Below, in pieces: positions 49,606-51,417 of a stretch of 51,417 nt of DNA. The notes below the pieces were generated by a model that was given only the letters and a program-made list of their open reading frames with translations, was not told the DNA's origin and ran no database searches. The stretch is from the NCBI GenBank assembly GCA_963668625.2, contig CAXXKA010000007.1:1-51417 (forward strand), in the 5' to 3' direction. The stretch comes from an uncultured candidate division Zixibacteria bacterium. GTDB taxonomy: Bacteria; Zixibacteria; MSB-5A5; UBA10806; 4484-95. Position 1 is the stretch's first letter. Each line of letters starts with the position of its first letter. The position numbers were made by a program, and so were the translations under genes.

Positions 49606-50202
49606 ATGTCCGGTCTTCTAAATGATCTCATAGAAAGTTTGACTATACTTCCGGGAATCGGTCGCAAGAGCGCTTCCCGGATTGCATTTTTTCCTTCTTA
49701 AACTACCCCCGCAAAAAGTACAGGAGCTGGCAGGCACCATGGTTACCTCCCGGCTCAATCTCAAACCCTGCCGGAGATGTGGTAATCTTACCGAATCGGG
49801 AGTTATGCAATATCTGCACCGACAGCAAACGCGATCCCTCGATCGTGTGCGTGGTGGAGGAGTCCCTCCGATGTTGTGGTGATCGAGAACACCTCGGAGT
49901 ATCGAGGAGTCTACCATGTAATAGGCGGCGCGCTTTCACCGCTGGATGGTATCGGCCCGGATGATATCAACCTGGCCTCGCTGGAGAAACGTATCACTGC
50001 CGATGGCATAACCGAGGTGATACTGGCAACCAATCCCAACACCGAGGGCGAGGCGACCTCGGCATTCATTGTCAACCTGCTAAAATCTCACAAAATCAAG
50101 ATCACCCGTATAGCCCGTGGTATCCCGGTAGGAGGATTCCTGGAGTACGCCGATAAGACAACGCTGTCGAAAGCGTTGGAGAATCGGACTGAGGTTAAGT
50201 AG
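49606..50202 (+). CDS. recR: Recombination protein RecR (three apparent +1 frameshifts)
   Basis: [19 protein letters not shown] zinc finger, [29 protein letters not shown], spread over shifting frames. Confidence 0.92.
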
Positions 50203-50315
50203 GGGGGAGAGTGTTCTCTTAAACCAGATTGATACTAATAAACAAAGGATTAACAATTACAAATTTATTTTCGTATTCTATATAGTTTTTCACTTCATAA
50301 ACTTCTATTAAATAT

Positions 50316-50570
50316 CACCACTGTTCGGCCTTTTCATCTCGTTGCGAAGCGCTGCTTCGCAACGTGGCTTGTTTGCCTGCAGAATGCGCATTTTACATGA
50401 CTCAAGAAGGTTTCCAGGCAGCGCTTGGAAACCAGGGAACTAAGCTTAAAATAGGCAGGACATGTCAGGATGCATGATACGCTAAATATAATAATTATAT
50501 CGGAAAATATCTTTCACTGACATTTCCAAGGAGAAAGTTGAAATTTACCGAAAAACACCGGACACTAGTG
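50316..50570 (+). mobile_element. MITE family A, copy 4 (255 bp)
   Basis: Ends CACCACTGTTCGG / CCGGACACTAGTG. Flanks ATTAAATAT / ATCAAATAT (8/9 TSD). Confidence 0.9.
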
Positions 50571-50680
50571 ATCAAATATAATATTGTACCATATGAAATC
50601 TTTGCGGAAACTAATTGATATATAATCAATATTGATATATAAAATGTGAAATAAAATTATGAACATGAGGAGTTAGAGTA

Positions 50681-51417
50681 GTGCCTATACAAAAAGACTT
50701 CGACTATTTAAAAAGCCTTATTTTTGAATTATGTAAATTACCCGATGAGACCGAATGGGCTGAATTCAAACATAATAATGACAATCCAGAAGAAATAGGG
50801 GAATACATATCATCATTATCCAATTCCGCTTGCTTAAATGATAAATCTCGTGCGTATGTTGTTTGGGGGAATAGAAGATAAAACCCATAGTATTATTGGA
50901 ACAACGTTTTCTCCTGCCATTAAAAAAATAGGTGCCGAGGAACTTGAAAATTGGTTGCTCAAATTGCTTGAGCCAAAGATTAATTTTCGTTTTTATGAAG
51001 TTACTATCGAAGAGAAGAAATTAGTATTACTTGAAATCGCCCGAGCATTTAGGCATCCTGTGAGGTTTAAAGGAATAGAGTATATTCGCGTGGGGGAGTT
51101 ATAAGAAAAAATTAAAAGATTACCCCGATAGAGAAAGAGATTTGTGGCGGGTATTTGATACCATCCCTTTTGAAGATCACATATCCGCTGAAGGTGTTAC
51201 AAGTGACCAGGTCATAAAATTATTAGATTATCCTTCTTATTTTGAGATATTAGATCAACCTCTGCCCGAAAGTAAGGATGGAATACTTGAGGTCTTCGAG
51301 GGTGATTCATTAATAATAAAAAATGATGCAGGATTATGGAATATTACTAACCTTGGAGCTGTTCTACTAGCTAAAAATTTAACGGATTTTAATAATCTAA
51401 AAAGAAAAGCAATAAGG
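50681..51417 (+). CDS. AlbA_2 (Schlafen-like) domain protein, partial, with two apparent frameshifts
   Basis: ETEWAEFK, IGEYISSLSNSA, YVVWGIED, YIRVGSYKKKLKDYPDRERDLW after removing one G from each G5 run. Runs off the window end. Confidence 0.8.

Noticed and set aside
49606-50202. recR pseudogene
   Set aside because: The protein sequence is otherwise well conserved and all breaks are single extra bases in homopolymers, consistent with assembly error.
1-51417. CRISPR array, prophage or autonomous transposase
   Set aside because: No regularly spaced short repeats, cas genes, phage genes or transposase ORFs seen.

Overview
Bacterial chromosome segment from a diderm of the FCB-group type, most like candidate Zixibacteria or a relative (inferred from FlgD/T9SS-like 'YPNPFN' C-terminal domains). 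In order it holds two chemoreceptors plus cheW; a secreted papain-like protease with a dockerin-like module followed directly by a cohesin-like lipoprotein; a highly structured ~185-nt intergenic element; an EamA transporter; a 2395-aa modular S8 protease; a STAS/RsbW/PP2C partner-switching operon; a small secreted protein ending in TWGKIKALFK; and rex with its operator. Next come a Wzx/Wzy polysaccharide cluster with a radical SAM-GT4 fusion; an ABC-F gene; a PEP-CTERM gene with a sigma54/IHF promoter; a TrmH-family gene; a patatin-POTRA-Omp85 protein; a heme-c chemoreceptor; an exported GPx; an AAA ATPase/TOPRIM-like pair; tRNA-Ala(CGC); a large Alu-containing SRP RNA; dnaX-ybaB-recR; and a partial AlbA_2 gene. 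Four copies of a ~255-bp MITE (13-bp TIRs, 9-bp TSDs in three copies) and one copy of a second MITE are present. Six +1 homopolymer frameshifts in the last 3 kb look like assembly errors. Best candidates for new biology are the cohesin-dockerin protease anchoring pair, the radical SAM-glycosyltransferase fusion, the multibranch RNA-like element, the TWGxIK C-terminal signal and the hairpin-carrying MITEs.
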